A DNA stretch of 64,000 nt from Terriglobia bacterium (GTDB taxonomy: Bacteria; Acidobacteriota; Terriglobia; Acidiferrales; UBA7541), in NCBI GenBank assembly GCA_041497955.1, contig JBGQHO010000007.1:15691-79690 (forward strand). The letters run 5' to 3'. Shown here piece by piece: positions 9,023-18,880 of this stretch. The notes under the pieces were generated by a model that was given only the letters and a program-made list of their open reading frames with translations, did not search any database and had not been told where the DNA came from. The position numbers and the translations under genes were made by a program. How positions within the stretch are numbered: the first letter of the stretch is position 1; each line of letters opens with the position of its first letter.

Positions 9023-10561
9023 TCAGTCTTTCCGCTGGCGCAAGCGGGCCCGCAACGCGGCGTCAATCGAGCGCGCAGCTTTGCGGGCAGGCACCATGGC
9101 CGTGACGATCAAGTCCGCGCCGCGTACGCAATCGCCCGCCGCCCAGATTTCCTGTTCGCGGCTGGTCTGCCCATCCTCTTCCGTGCCCACCCAGATCGTG
9201 CCCCACTTCGTGGACTTCAAATTCTCGGCGCTTTGCGCGATTTCATCTTCCACGCTGTAGCCGATTGCCACCACGGCCGTATCGCACTCGAGAACGAAGT
9301 TCGACCCCTCGATGGGCACCGGGGTGCGGCGGCCCTTGGCGTCCGGCGCGCCCAGCTTCATGCGGATGCATTCGCACGCCATGACGTTTCCTTCCGCGTC
9401 GCCGATGAATTTCACGGGCAGCGTGAGCCACTCGAACTTGACACCTTCCTCACGCGCGTTGATACGTTCTTCGTAGCGCCCGGGCATCTCGGTTTCGCTG
9501 CGGCGATAGACGCACCAGACTTCGCCCTCGGTACACAGGCGCCGTGCCGTGCGCACGCAATCCATCGCCGTGTCGCCGCCGCCGACTACCACGGTGCGCC
9601 GGCCCACGTGCGGGCGCCCGCGCAGGTTCTCGGGGAGCAGCTCGTCCGGCAAGTTCCCGCGCACTAGATATTCGGTGGCGTTGTAGACGTTCTTTAGATC
9701 CTCGCCGGGGGTTTTCATGCGATTGCCGGCGCTGGCCCCGTGGCCCAGGAATACGGCGTCGAAGCCGTGCTTGCACAAGAGATCATCCGGGGAAAGATCC
9801 TTCCCGATGCGCACGTTGCAGCGGAACTCGACGCCCAGTTTCTCGAGCCAGCGGATTTTTTCCCAAACGATGCGCTTGTCGAGTTTGAATCCAGGAATAC
9901 CGTAGACGAGCAACCCCCCCGGACGCGGCCACGCCTCGAAGATCGTGACGGTGTGCCCGCGCTTGACGAGCTCTTCGGTCACCGCGAGTCCCGCCGGACC
10001 CGACCCCACCACAGCGACGTGCGTGCCGAGCGGCGGCGGCAGCGACGGCACAGGATAGCCGCCGAGATGGTCGCGGGTGTAGTCCACGCAGAACCGCTCC
10101 AGCTTGCCGATAGCTACCGGCAAGCTGTAGGTGCGGACAACGCACGCGCCCTCGCACTGTTTTTCCTGAGGGCAGAGCCGGCCGCAAATATCGGGCAGGT
10201 TCGAGGTCTCCATGAACTTCAGTGCCGCGGCGCGCACATCTCCTTGCTCCAGCATCCACAGCGCTGCCGGGATATCGTTGTGCGCCGGGCAGCCGAACGT
10301 GCAGGGGTGATGCTCGCACTGCAGGCAGCGGCCGGCTTCCAGCATTGCTTCGCGCAGCGAAAGCGCGAAGGAAACCTCATCGAAATTGTTCAGCCGCTTT
10401 TGGGGGTCTTGTTTGCGCGCCTTCACCGGCTCTTTGCGCAAGCGTTGCCGGCGGATCAGCGGTTGCGCCTCGGGAGCATCCGCGGACTCGACCGGCGGCT
10501 GCTCCGCGCCTTCCCAGGAATTAGCACGCATCAAGTCCGCCACTGCATCTTTGTCCTTCAT
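9023..10561 (-). CDS. GltD-family NAD(P)H-dependent FAD/Fe-S oxidoreductase (glutamate synthase small-subunit-like)
   Basis: N-terminal Cys clusters (CLQCEHHPCTFGCPAHNDIP, CGRLCPQEKQCEGAC). Two Rossmann motifs (VAVVGSGPAGL, VVVGGGDTAMDC). C-terminal IWAAGDCVRGADLIV. Start taken at Met37 (MKDKD), whose ATG overlaps the hemN stop (ATGA). Confidence 0.85.
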   Translation of the reverse strand: MKDKDAVADLMRANSWEGAEQPPVESADAPEAQPLIRRQRLRKEPVKARKQDPQKRLNNFDEVSFALSLREAMLEAGRCLQCEHHPCTFGCPAHNDIPAALWMLEQGDVRAAALKFMETSNLPDICGRLCPQEKQCEGACVVRTYSLPVAIGKLERFCVDYTRDHLGGYPVPSLPPPLGTHVAVVGSGPAGLAVTEELVKRGHTVTIFEAWPRPGGLLVYGIPGFKLDKRIVWEKIRWLEKLGVEFRCNVRIGKDLSPDDLLCKHGFDAVFLGHGASAGNRMKTPGEDLKNVYNATEYLVRGNLPDELLPENLRGRPHVGRRTVVVGGGDTAMDCVRTARRLCTEGEVWCVYRRSETEMPGRYEERINAREEGVKFEWLTLPVKFIGDAEGNVMACECIRMKLGAPDAKGRRTPVPIEGSNFVLECDTAVVAIGYSVEDEIAQSAENLKSTKWGTIWVGTEEDGQTSREQEIWAAGDCVRGADLIVTAMVPARKAARSIDAALRARLRQRKD

Positions 10562-12021
10562 AGCGTCTTTGAAAAGAGCGGGCGGCTCGCCAGTTTCTGC
10601 CGCTCGAGATAGGGGTCGAAAACCATCGCCACGTTGCGGATGAAAATCCGCCCCAGCGCCGTGACACAAATCTCCGATGGATTTATTCGCACCAGTCCGT
10701 CGGCGACGTACTCGCGCAAGCGCTCGAGTTCTGCGCCGAAGTATTCGTCAAAAACGATGCCCTGCTCGCGCTCGACCTCGGCCTTGGGAATCACCGTGTG
10801 GCAAAGCAACCGGCTGATCACAGAGCGACGGATGCGGTCGTCACGCGTCAGGCGATATCCGCGCATCGTGGCGATGCCGCGGCGCTCAACCTGCGCCTGA
10901 TAACCAGCCAGGTCTCGGTGGTTCTGCGCGTAGGTGTCGCCGACGCCGCTGATGGCGCTGACGCCCATGGCGTAGAGATCGGCGCCGGCTTTCGTCGTGT
11001 AGCCCTGAAAATTCCGGTGCAGCGTGCGGTTTCCCTGCGCAATAGCCAACTCATCCGTGGGACGCGCGAAGTGGTCCATGCCGATATAGAGGTAACCGGC
11101 CTCAACAAACTTCTCGAGGCCCGTCTGGAAGATTCGGAATTTCTCGATGCCTTCAGGCAGGTGCGTGGCGAACGAGCCCTGTTGCTTCTTGAGCCATGGC
11201 ACGTGCGCGTAGCTGAACATCGCCACGCGATCCGGCGCGAGTGAGAGCACCCGATCGACTGTCGCGGCGAAGCGCTCGGCGGTTTGATACGGCAGCCCGT
11301 AGATGAGGTCGGCGTTGATGCTCTCAAATCCAAGCGCGCGTGCCGCGAGAATCAGATCGCGCGTCTGCTCAAACGCCTGTACGCGGTGGACGGCGCGCTG
11401 CACCTCGGGATGGAAGTCCTGAATGCCCAGGCTCAGGCGGTTGAAGCCCAGGCGGCGCGCCGTCTCGACGTGCTCACGTGTAGTGACGCGCGGGTCCACT
11501 TCAATGCCGATCTCTGCGCCGGGAGCAATCGAAAAATGCTCACGCGCATAACCGAACAGATCCTCCATTTGCGCCGGGCTCAGGTACGTCGGCGTGCCGC
11601 CGCCCCAGTGAAACTGAATCACAGGGCGTTCGCGGGAAACGAACCGGCTGACATGAGCGATCTCCCGCTTCAGCGAGGCGAGGTACGGCAGCGCGATGGA
11701 CTTGTCTTTTTGGATGACAACGTTGCACGCGCAGAACAGGCAGAGGCTCTCGCAGAACGGAAGGTGCATGTAGAGAGAAACGGGCGTCGTTCTCTTGGCT
11801 TCACCGAAGGCTTGCTCAAGGTCGTCCGGCCCGAAGTCTTCTTGCCAAACAGGAGCGGTGGGGTAACTCGTGTAGCGCGGGCCAGGGCGGTTGTACTTAT
11901 TCAGGAACTCTTCGGTGACATTGAAGCGTTGGGGGCCGAATTCCAACGGGACGCCGGTGGCCGTCTTGGCGCCGCCTTCCCAATCTGGAACTGAAGACCC
12001 GGAACGCCCAGCCATCCGCAT
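10558..12021 (-). CDS. hemN: Oxygen-independent coproporphyrinogen III oxidase (radical SAM)
   Basis: GPRYTSYPTAP N-terminal motif, radical-SAM cluster CESLCLFCACN and GGGTPTYL. Full-length HemN size. Start chosen at Met11 (12021), which has a GAGGGG Shine-Dalgarno; Met13 is also possible. Confidence 0.9.
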   Translation of the reverse strand: MRMAGRSGSSVPDWEGGAKTATGVPLEFGPQRFNVTEEFLNKYNRPGPRYTSYPTAPVWQEDFGPDDLEQAFGEAKRTTPVSLYMHLPFCESLCLFCACNVVIQKDKSIALPYLASLKREIAHVSRFVSRERPVIQFHWGGGTPTYLSPAQMEDLFGYAREHFSIAPGAEIGIEVDPRVTTREHVETARRLGFNRLSLGIQDFHPEVQRAVHRVQAFEQTRDLILAARALGFESINADLIYGLPYQTAERFAATVDRVLSLAPDRVAMFSYAHVPWLKKQQGSFATHLPEGIEKFRIFQTGLEKFVEAGYLYIGMDHFARPTDELAIAQGNRTLHRNFQGYTTKAGADLYAMGVSAISGVGDTYAQNHRDLAGYQAQVERRGIATMRGYRLTRDDRIRRSVISRLLCHTVIPKAEVEREQGIVFDEYFGAELERLREYVADGLVRINPSEICVTALGRIFIRNVAMVFDPYLERQKLASRPLFSKTL

Positions 12022-12208
12022 GCCGAAGCCCCTCAAGCGTAAACGGAGCAAGAGCGGTGCCAGCCGAGCTGGCCTCGTTTTGCATGTAATTCCTTTTATT
12101 GCAATGATTTGAAAAGGCTCAGTGGCGCGGGTCTTCTGCCCTTCTGCGCGGCTTGGCTCAGTTGGAGCCGGCGGATGGGCCTGTTGCCCCAGTTTCCTTT
12201 GCCTCAGC

Positions 12209-14509
12209 CTAGGAGCTTTCCGGCGGCTGCTTACCTGGCCCGGAAGGCTTGGGCAGTGAGTCGGGGGCCGCGGGGTTTTTGGGGGCGTCTTGTGGCACGG
12301 GGCTGGCCTCGTCTTCCGAGGCAGGCTCCGCGCCAGCTTCCTCTACGTCCAACCCCGCAGTGCGGGAATCCTTCTGCTCGCGAACAAGCTGCACGTGATA
12401 CGCCGGGCGCGTGTGACGCAGGTGATCAGCCGAAGCCTTGCCGGTCAGCCAGGAAAGATCCATCGGGTAGACGTCGGGATCAAACATCACCACATAGAAG
12501 TGCCAGAGCAGAATGGAGAGCGTCGCCAGGATGGCTTCGTAGTAGTGGACGGCCGTAGCCGCATCCGCCACCCACTTCGGGAAGTGGCGCAGCGTGAAAT
12601 TGATGAACCACAGCAGGAAGCCCGAAAGGCCCATGACCACCGAGCCCCACACGAACGCCAGGTATTCCAACTTTTCGACGTAGTTGAACTTGCCGAAGGC
12701 CGGCGGTTCGGCCAAAAGACCCAGGTTGTAGCGCGCGGTGCCGAAAATGTCGAACACATCCTGAATCCGCGGCACCATCAACTGGAGAATCCTGCCGTCG
12801 CGCTGCGATGCCAGCAGATGAATGAAGTGATAGACCATCGAAGCAATCAGCACCACCGCCGCTGCGCGGTGCAACGTGCCGCGCAGCGCGAAGCGGCTTT
12901 CCCAATGCAGAAGCGGCTGAGCCCACCACGACTCCGGGAACTTCAGCGCAAACCCGGTGACCACGAGCACCGGGAAGCTCAGCATCACCAGCCAGTGCGC
13001 GATGCGGAAGTTCAGATTCATGCGCACGACTTGCTCGCCGGAATGGCTGCGCGGCCCGTTGCGGATGAGCTTTGCGAAAAAGTCCAGCCCATTGTGCAGG
13101 AGCATGAAGCCGAGAGTGAGCGGGATCAGCACCCAGTAGGTCACGCGGATCCACTTCACGACCGGATGCTCGCTCGCCGAGGCCGGGCGCACGTGAATCG
13201 CCCCGATGGCGAAGCTGGCGCCTGCGCCCGGATGACACGCGCCGCAGGTGCGCGCGAGGTTCGCAGCGTTCACCGTGGAACGCGGATCGTTGGACGGCAG
13301 GATGTTATGCACACCGTGGCACGAGGCGCAGTTGGCCACCGTCTGCGAGCCGGAACGCAGCGCCAGCCCGTGATAACTATCCGCGTACGAGGACACGCGG
13401 TCCGCGGGCAGGTTGTAGCGCTGCGCCAAGCGTTCGTCGGAATGGCAGCGGCCGCAGGTGACACTCGAGACGCGCGCGGGGTTCACCAGCGACTGCGCCT
13501 CGCTGGGCGCGAGGATTATGTGCTCGCCATGACAATCGGTGCAGACCGGCGCATCGCGCACGCCCTGCTTCACCGCCCGCCCGTGCACGCTTTCCTGATA
13601 CGCCTTCTTGATGTCGGTGTGGCACGTGCCGCAAGTTTCCGGAATGTTCCAGTGATTGATCTTTGCCCCAGGATCGCGCCCGGGAAGGATGCCGTGACTC
13701 CCGTGGCAATCCGAGCAGGAAGGAGCGGCCGGGTTCCCGGCAGCGACGGCGCGGCCGTGGACGCTACGCTGGTATGCCTCAACGGGATGAGCAAAAGGAA
13801 TATTGTGCCGCGCAAGAAATTCCGGATTCGCATGGCAGCTCCCGCACGTGGCGGGCAGGCGTTTCTTGGTGACGCGCGACGCTGGATCTCCGGCAGGCAG
13901 GATCTTGTGCACGGGCCCGTGGCACGACTGGCAACTCGCGCCTTCGAGGTCGCCACTTCTGCGCGCCGCGGCGTGGACGCTCTTCTCGAATTCGCGGACC
14001 TCGTCCCCGTGGCAGGCGGCGCACTGCACGGGCACGAGCGTCGCGCCGCGCTGTGCTTCGTGCGCAGAACCATGGCAGCTCACGCAAGCCTGCGTTCCTG
14101 TGCCGAGAGCCGCGTGGATGCTCTTGCCCGCGTCCGCGGCGGATTGGTCGTGGCACGTCCCGCAGCTCACCTTGGGCATGTGCTTCGGGTGCGGATACTC
14201 CTTCACGCCGACGTGACACGTGTCGCAGGTTAAAGCGCTGTGCGCACTGGCCGCATGCTTGGCCGGATCGACATAGATGCTGCGGCCCGACTCCGACTTC
14301 ATCCCCGCCTGGCCGTGACACGCCAGGCACTGCCCGTCCTGAGCCGGCCGCGGACGCGCAGCAACGCTGGCGGCGCACACCAACACGAGCAAGAGAGTGG
14401 CAGTAAGATCCGCCAAGGATGTGCTCAGCGACCGGGTTGTTCGACCGCGCGGATGGTGTCCCATCGGGCCGACCTTCTTCCGTTGCATGGCGCGGCGGCT
14501 ATTTGACAC
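12209..14509 (-). CDS. 13-heme c-type cytochrome fused to a C-terminal FdnI/HydC-type membrane cytochrome b domain (CbcL-like)
   Basis: 766 aa. Signal/anchor sequence, then 13 CxxCH motifs (CLACH, CDTCH, CGTCH, CVSCH, CAACH, CQSCH, CGSCH, CSDCH, CGTCH, CTDCH, CGRCH, CASCH, CGACH). The last ~300 aa has about 5 hydrophobic helices carrying conserved His (IAHWL, HRAAAVV, HFIHLL, VHYYE, LWHFY). Confidence 0.85.
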   Translation of the reverse strand: MSNSRRAMQRKKVGPMGHHPRGRTTRSLSTSLADLTATLLLVLVCAASVAARPRPAQDGQCLACHGQAGMKSESGRSIYVDPAKHAASAHSALTCDTCHVGVKEYPHPKHMPKVSCGTCHDQSAADAGKSIHAALGTGTQACVSCHGSAHEAQRGATLVPVQCAACHGDEVREFEKSVHAAARRSGDLEGASCQSCHGPVHKILPAGDPASRVTKKRLPATCGSCHANPEFLARHNIPFAHPVEAYQRSVHGRAVAAGNPAAPSCSDCHGSHGILPGRDPGAKINHWNIPETCGTCHTDIKKAYQESVHGRAVKQGVRDAPVCTDCHGEHIILAPSEAQSLVNPARVSSVTCGRCHSDERLAQRYNLPADRVSSYADSYHGLALRSGSQTVANCASCHGVHNILPSNDPRSTVNAANLARTCGACHPGAGASFAIGAIHVRPASASEHPVVKWIRVTYWVLIPLTLGFMLLHNGLDFFAKLIRNGPRSHSGEQVVRMNLNFRIAHWLVMLSFPVLVVTGFALKFPESWWAQPLLHWESRFALRGTLHRAAAVVLIASMVYHFIHLLASQRDGRILQLMVPRIQDVFDIFGTARYNLGLLAEPPAFGKFNYVEKLEYLAFVWGSVVMGLSGFLLWFINFTLRHFPKWVADAATAVHYYEAILATLSILLWHFYVVMFDPDVYPMDLSWLTGKASADHLRHTRPAYHVQLVREQKDSRTAGLDVEEAGAEPASEDEASPVPQDAPKNPAAPDSLPKPSGPGKQPPESS

Positions 14510-15944
14510 CCAGGTCTTTCAAGACTTTGGGGTCAGCTTCTTCCATCGCCAGGATGGTGTGGCACGCATTGCAATCCTGCGTGATCGAACGACCGTCTGA
14601 GCTGACGTGGCTTCCGTCGTGGCAACGGAAACAGCCGGGATAATCCTGGTGCCCGAGGTTATTCGGGTGAGTGCCCCACGTCAGGCGCATGGAGGGGAAT
14701 ACATTGCGCAGGTAGATGCCGGCTACTTGATCCGCCGCGGTCTGGACAAGCGAGCCGTGCCTGCGGAAGACGTCGGGATAGCTGGTGCGATAGAAGTCAT
14801 TAATCGTTGCAACGATCCGTTGGCGCGCCGTCTCGCGATCCGGATACTCGGTGCGCAAGACGTCCACCGCCTTTTTCTTGATGAAAGGAAGCTGCGGGCT
14901 GATGCGGCCCTCGGCCATTTCCTTGTCCACCGCAGGTTCCGGCAACTGGAAGGCGTGCGTGGGGCGATTGTGGCAGTCCATGCAGTCCATCAAGCGGTGC
15001 TCGCCGCGCGCGAGCTCTTCTGCCGCGGGTTTCACTTCCGTCGAGGCATACTCCACAGATTGGCCTTTATCGTCGGTGTAGGTCACCTTCGGGATGACCT
15101 GGCGGCCCCCGGTCGAGATGTAGTTGACCTGCAGGCCGTTCCCCAAATGCCGTCCATGGATGCCCACCGAGCCCTGCCAGGAGATCCCGCCGATCTTCAC
15201 GACGAGCACGGTGTACAGCGGCGTGTTCTTTTCGTCGTCGGAGAACTTCGTGCGCACAAGGAATTTGTCGCCGGTAAACTTCTGTGGCCAGTGGCATTGC
15301 TCACAGGTCTCCCGGGCCGGGCGCAGGTGCTCCACGGGCGAAGGAATTGGCCGCGAATACGTCTTGAAGGTAACTGCAAAAACCTGGCGGACGCCGGAAA
15401 GTTTGGACCGGACAAACCACGGCGCGCCGGGGCCAATGTGACACTGCACACAGCCGACGCGCTGGTGCGGCGAATTCTGGTACGCCGTGTACTCCGGGGC
15501 CATCACGCTGTGGCACGTCAGGCCGCAGAACTGCACCGAGTCCATGTACTCCACGCCGCGGTACGACGCCGTTCCCAGAATGGCCACATTCAATAAGGTC
15601 ATGCCTCCCACCCACGCGAATCCCCGGCGGACGAGCGGCCGACGCAAATCAATTTGCGGGTAAACCGAAGGCAGTTCACCCGCCCGGCGCAACTTGTGTC
15701 GCTGCCAGATGACCCCCGCCGGCATCAGCAAGAGCCCGAGGACAAACACTCCCGGCAAGACAAGGATAAATACGATGCCTGCATAGGGATGCACGGACCC
15801 GCCGCCGATAATCTCAAACAGCCAGAAGCCGATCAGCGTGATGGCCGAGCTAGTGGTCACCACCGCGCCAGTCAACGTGGCCGGGTTCTGACTCAGGTAA
15901 TATGCGGGCCGCAGCCAATAAGCGAGCCGTTCGGGGAGTCTCAT
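14499..15944 (-). CDS. Membrane-anchored NapC/NirT-type multiheme cytochrome c with 3 N-terminal TM helices (ImcH-like)
   Basis: 481 aa. Three N-terminal hydrophobic helices. NapC/NirT-like stretch FCGLTCHSVMAPEY...SPH..VGCVQCH. Five CxxCH (CVQCH, CEQCH, CMDCH, CFRCH, CNACH) plus one CX3CH (CGLTCH, nt 15510-15527). Overlaps the downstream gene by 11 nt. Confidence 0.8.
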   Translation of the reverse strand: MRLPERLAYWLRPAYYLSQNPATLTGAVVTTSSAITLIGFWLFEIIGGGSVHPYAGIVFILVLPGVFVLGLLLMPAGVIWQRHKLRRAGELPSVYPQIDLRRPLVRRGFAWVGGMTLLNVAILGTASYRGVEYMDSVQFCGLTCHSVMAPEYTAYQNSPHQRVGCVQCHIGPGAPWFVRSKLSGVRQVFAVTFKTYSRPIPSPVEHLRPARETCEQCHWPQKFTGDKFLVRTKFSDDEKNTPLYTVLVVKIGGISWQGSVGIHGRHLGNGLQVNYISTGGRQVIPKVTYTDDKGQSVEYASTEVKPAAEELARGEHRLMDCMDCHNRPTHAFQLPEPAVDKEMAEGRISPQLPFIKKKAVDVLRTEYPDRETARQRIVATINDFYRTSYPDVFRRHGSLVQTAADQVAGIYLRNVFPSMRLTWGTHPNNLGHQDYPGCFRCHDGSHVSSDGRSITQDCNACHTILAMEEADPKVLKDLGVK

Positions 15945-16012
15945 GAGGAGTTCCTGGCTGGTTTAGCGATCGCCGGGTGCTCTGCCCCGGCCACGGGCAA
16001 AAGTATCACACT

Positions 16013-17281
16013 TCAGGGCGTCCGACGGTTGGTCCTCTTTCCCTCCAGGTCACGAATGAGCAACCAGAGTGCAAGGATCACGAAGGCAATCACAACCAGT
16101 GACAGCGCCAGGCCCTTGCGCCGGAAAGCGCGCTCTGCCAGGGCCTGCTGCCCCGCCAGGTTTGCCTGTTCGGCGAGCTTTTTCCCCGCCGCCGTGGTTT
16201 CCTCGATGTTTGGCACGTTCAACGCGTGCACATCCACGCGCGCCTTGATCAATTTCTCTCGCCCGCTGTAGAGCGTCACGCGGCCTTCGCCCACATCCAT
16301 GCCCGCGCGTTCGGCGCGCTCCAGAATCGCTGCGGCCTGCTGAAGCGAAGTGTCCAATCCCGTCAGCGCGGCGTGGGCCTGCTTGGCTGTTTTTCCTCCG
16401 GGGTCATCCTCGGAGTGGCATCGCAAGCAAAGAGATTCGTTGCCCGCGCGCAGCAGGGCATCGCTCGTGCGGCGCACAGCGTGATTACTGTGGCAGGTCA
16501 GGCAGGCGGCGATCTTGGCCTGCTGCCAGGGCTGTTTGTGCGGGCTCTGGTCGAACAGACGTTCCTGAAAGACGTGACAGGTGCCGCAGACGCGCTCGAT
16601 GGAACCGACTCCGGGCGGTGCGGCGCCGTGATTGCCGTGACAGGTCGCGCACGTGGGCGCCGACAAATCTCCCCCCTGAAGCTTTTCATTGTGCACGCTG
16701 GCCTGGTAGTTCTTCAGTTGGTCGGTCGGGATCTTGTACGGCTTCATGTATGCGGCATCGGCGTGACAGCGCCCACAGGTCTTAGGAATGTGCAGTGGAT
16801 GCACACTGGAAAGCGGGCTCGAAGCCGGGCGAATGTTGTGCGCGCTGTGGCAATCCATGCAGACGGCCACGCGCGTATCGCCGCCGCGCAGGCGCTTCCC
16901 GTGCACGCTGGTCCAATATTGCGCCAACTGATCGGTGCGCAGCGACGGGTTGTAGGCCCGCATGTAGGCGCCATCGGAATGGCAGCGGGCGCACAGCGTG
17001 GGGACTTCCGAGCGCTTCGGCGTGCCGCGAAACCCTTTCGCGCGGTTCATGGCCTTCGTGGGATCTTCCTCGTTGGGATTGCCGCCGTGACAATCGGCGC
17101 AATTTAGCCCGCGCGCCGCGTGCACGTCGTCGGCAAACAGCTTGGCGGGATCGCCGAGCTTCCCCTCAAACGCAGCGTGGCATTCGCGGCAGCGGTCTAC
17201 CGGCGGCTTATCCGCAGCCGCAACGGCCACTGCGGTCGCCAGAAGAACCAACGCCATGCCGAGCCATCGCTGCCGCATCAT
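16013..17281 (-). CDS. Nonaheme c-type cytochrome with C-terminal membrane anchor (cytochrome c subunit of the adjacent Rieske/cyt b complex)
   Basis: 422 aa. Signal peptide, then 9 CxxCH (CRECH, CADCH, CARCH, CMDCH, CGRCH, CATCH, CGTCH, CLTCH, CLRCH). Helical C-terminal region ends in a TM helix (LALSLVVIAFVILALWLLI). The start codon directly abuts the cytochrome b stop. Confidence 0.85.
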   Translation of the reverse strand: MMRQRWLGMALVLLATAVAVAAADKPPVDRCRECHAAFEGKLGDPAKLFADDVHAARGLNCADCHGGNPNEEDPTKAMNRAKGFRGTPKRSEVPTLCARCHSDGAYMRAYNPSLRTDQLAQYWTSVHGKRLRGGDTRVAVCMDCHSAHNIRPASSPLSSVHPLHIPKTCGRCHADAAYMKPYKIPTDQLKNYQASVHNEKLQGGDLSAPTCATCHGNHGAAPPGVGSIERVCGTCHVFQERLFDQSPHKQPWQQAKIAACLTCHSNHAVRRTSDALLRAGNESLCLRCHSEDDPGGKTAKQAHAALTGLDTSLQQAAAILERAERAGMDVGEGRVTLYSGREKLIKARVDVHALNVPNIEETTAAGKKLAEQANLAGQQALAERAFRRKGLALSLVVIAFVILALWLLIRDLEGKRTNRRTP

Positions 17282-18367
17282 TTAACCTCGCCAGGCCCAA
17301 ACACTCATCGCCACGATGTACAACACAGCTCCGACGCCGGCCCAGGCAAGCAGCCGCCCGGTGCGTCCATGTGGATTGCGGTCCAGAAACGGCACCATCA
17401 GCCACAACGCACCGGCCAGCCCGAACACAAGCAAGCCGACCTGTTCGCCTTCAATCCCCAACACGCGCCCGGGAATCACCTTCAGCGTCTGGAAGAGAAA
17501 CAGGAAATACCACTCCGGCCTGATGCCGGCCGGAGTCGCGGCAAACGGGTCGGCCTTGACGCCCAGGTCCCAGGGAAAGAGCGCCGCCAGCGCGGCCAGG
17601 ACGCCGAGAGCGAAATACCACCCCATCAGGTCGCGCAGCAGGAAGTTGGGAATGAAACTGTAGGAAGGCACCTTGCCGTCCGGGTGGGCGCGCTCCACCG
17701 AAGGCGGAACGCTCATGCCGAACTTCTGCACAAGAAAGAGGTGGGTCGCGACGACCACTGTGGTCAGGGCCGGGAAAACGGCCACGTGAAAGCCGAAGAA
17801 GCGTGTCAGCGTCGAGCCGGTCACGTCTTCCCCGCCGCGCAGGAATGTCAGCAGCCAAGTGCCGATCACGGGCACCGCGGCCATCATCTGCGTGCCGACC
17901 TTCGTGGCGAAGAACGCCAGCGTGTTCCAGGGCAGCAGGTACCCGCTGAATCCGAAGCCGAAAAACAGCAGTAACAGGATGCAGCCTGTCACCCACGTCA
18001 GTTCGCGCGGCTTGCGGTACGCCTTCAGGAAAAATGCGGAGAACATGTGCAGCATGGCCGTGAAGATGAGCAGATTGGCCGACCAAGCGTGGATGCCGCG
18101 CACCAGCCAGCCAAAACGCACCTTGGTCATGATGAACTGCACGCTCTCGAAGGCTTCTCCGGGCGAGGGCCGGTAGTAGAGCAGCAGCAGAATGCCGGTC
18201 ACCACCTGCACGATGAAGAGGAACAGCGTCATCCCGCCGAGGTAATACCAGAGCGTGTGCCGGTGCCGGGGCACCTGCTTGTGGGTCAGCCAGTCCAACC
18301 CACCCTTGCCGAAGCGTTCCTCGAGCCAGCCGCGGATCCGGGCAGCCGGGCTGTGCTTTGCGTCCAT
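17282..18367 (-). CDS. Cytochrome b of a Rieske/cytochrome b (bc1/b6f-type) complex, b6 and subunit-IV-like parts fused
   Basis: Start at Met46 of the ORF (MDAKHS), 2 nt after the Rieske stop. Typical cytochrome b sequence ([57 protein letters not shown]). Confidence 0.9.
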   Translation of the reverse strand: MDAKHSPAARIRGWLEERFGKGGLDWLTHKQVPRHRHTLWYYLGGMTLFLFIVQVVTGILLLLYYRPSPGEAFESVQFIMTKVRFGWLVRGIHAWSANLLIFTAMLHMFSAFFLKAYRKPRELTWVTGCILLLLFFGFGFSGYLLPWNTLAFFATKVGTQMMAAVPVIGTWLLTFLRGGEDVTGSTLTRFFGFHVAVFPALTTVVVATHLFLVQKFGMSVPPSVERAHPDGKVPSYSFIPNFLLRDLMGWYFALGVLAALAALFPWDLGVKADPFAATPAGIRPEWYFLFLFQTLKVIPGRVLGIEGEQVGLLVFGLAGALWLMVPFLDRNPHGRTGRLLAWAGVGAVLYIVAMSVWAWRG

Positions 18368-18369
18368 GG

Positions 18370-18834
18370 TCAAGCGCGCGACCCGCGCGAGACGACAATC
18401 TCCTTCCCGCGCACGTGAACTTGAAACTCCTCGAGCGGACGCGGTGGTGGCCCGCTGACGTTTCGCCCCTGCAGGTCGTACACGCCGTTGTGGCAGGCGC
18501 ACCAGATGTCGTGCTCGCCCGTTCGGTATTGCACCGTGCAGTTCAGATGGGTGCAGACCGCACTGAGCGCCCGATAGCTGCCGTCGGCCTGGCGGATCAG
18601 GATCCCCGGGCGGTTGCCAAAACGAAAGATTTTCGCGGAGTTCGGAGCCAGTTCATCGGCGCGCGCCGCCACCGCATCGGCATCGAGCTCTCCGGTGCGC
18701 GGGGGGAGAAGAAATTTGAGGATGGGGTACAGAACGGAAACGAGCGAAGCTGCAACCCCGGATCCGACCAGCAACTCAAGGACACGCCGGCGGGCCGCCT
18801 TGGGCGGCCCGCCGGCGTCCACATCACTGGACAC
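18370..18834 (-). CDS. Rieske [2Fe-2S] iron-sulfur subunit
   Basis: 154 aa. Arg-rich N-terminus with TM helix. Cluster-binding boxes CTHLNC and CACHNG. Confidence 0.9.
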   Translation of the reverse strand: MSSDVDAGGPPKAARRRVLELLVGSGVAASLVSVLYPILKFLLPPRTGELDADAVAARADELAPNSAKIFRFGNRPGILIRQADGSYRALSAVCTHLNCTVQYRTGEHDIWCACHNGVYDLQGRNVSGPPPRPLEEFQVHVRGKEIVVSRGSRA

Positions 18835-18880
18835 AGCCCGTTCTCCTTGCTCGGTGTCGCTTCAGCCTGCGCGGCGCTCG

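Noticed and set aside
12290-14233. 647-aa plus-strand ORF
   Set aside because: It is an antisense shadow of the 13-heme cytochrome gene. The composition is Arg/Ala/His-rich with no motifs, typical of high-GC shadow ORFs. The same reasoning applies to 16226-17107, 17120-17974 and 14607-15596.
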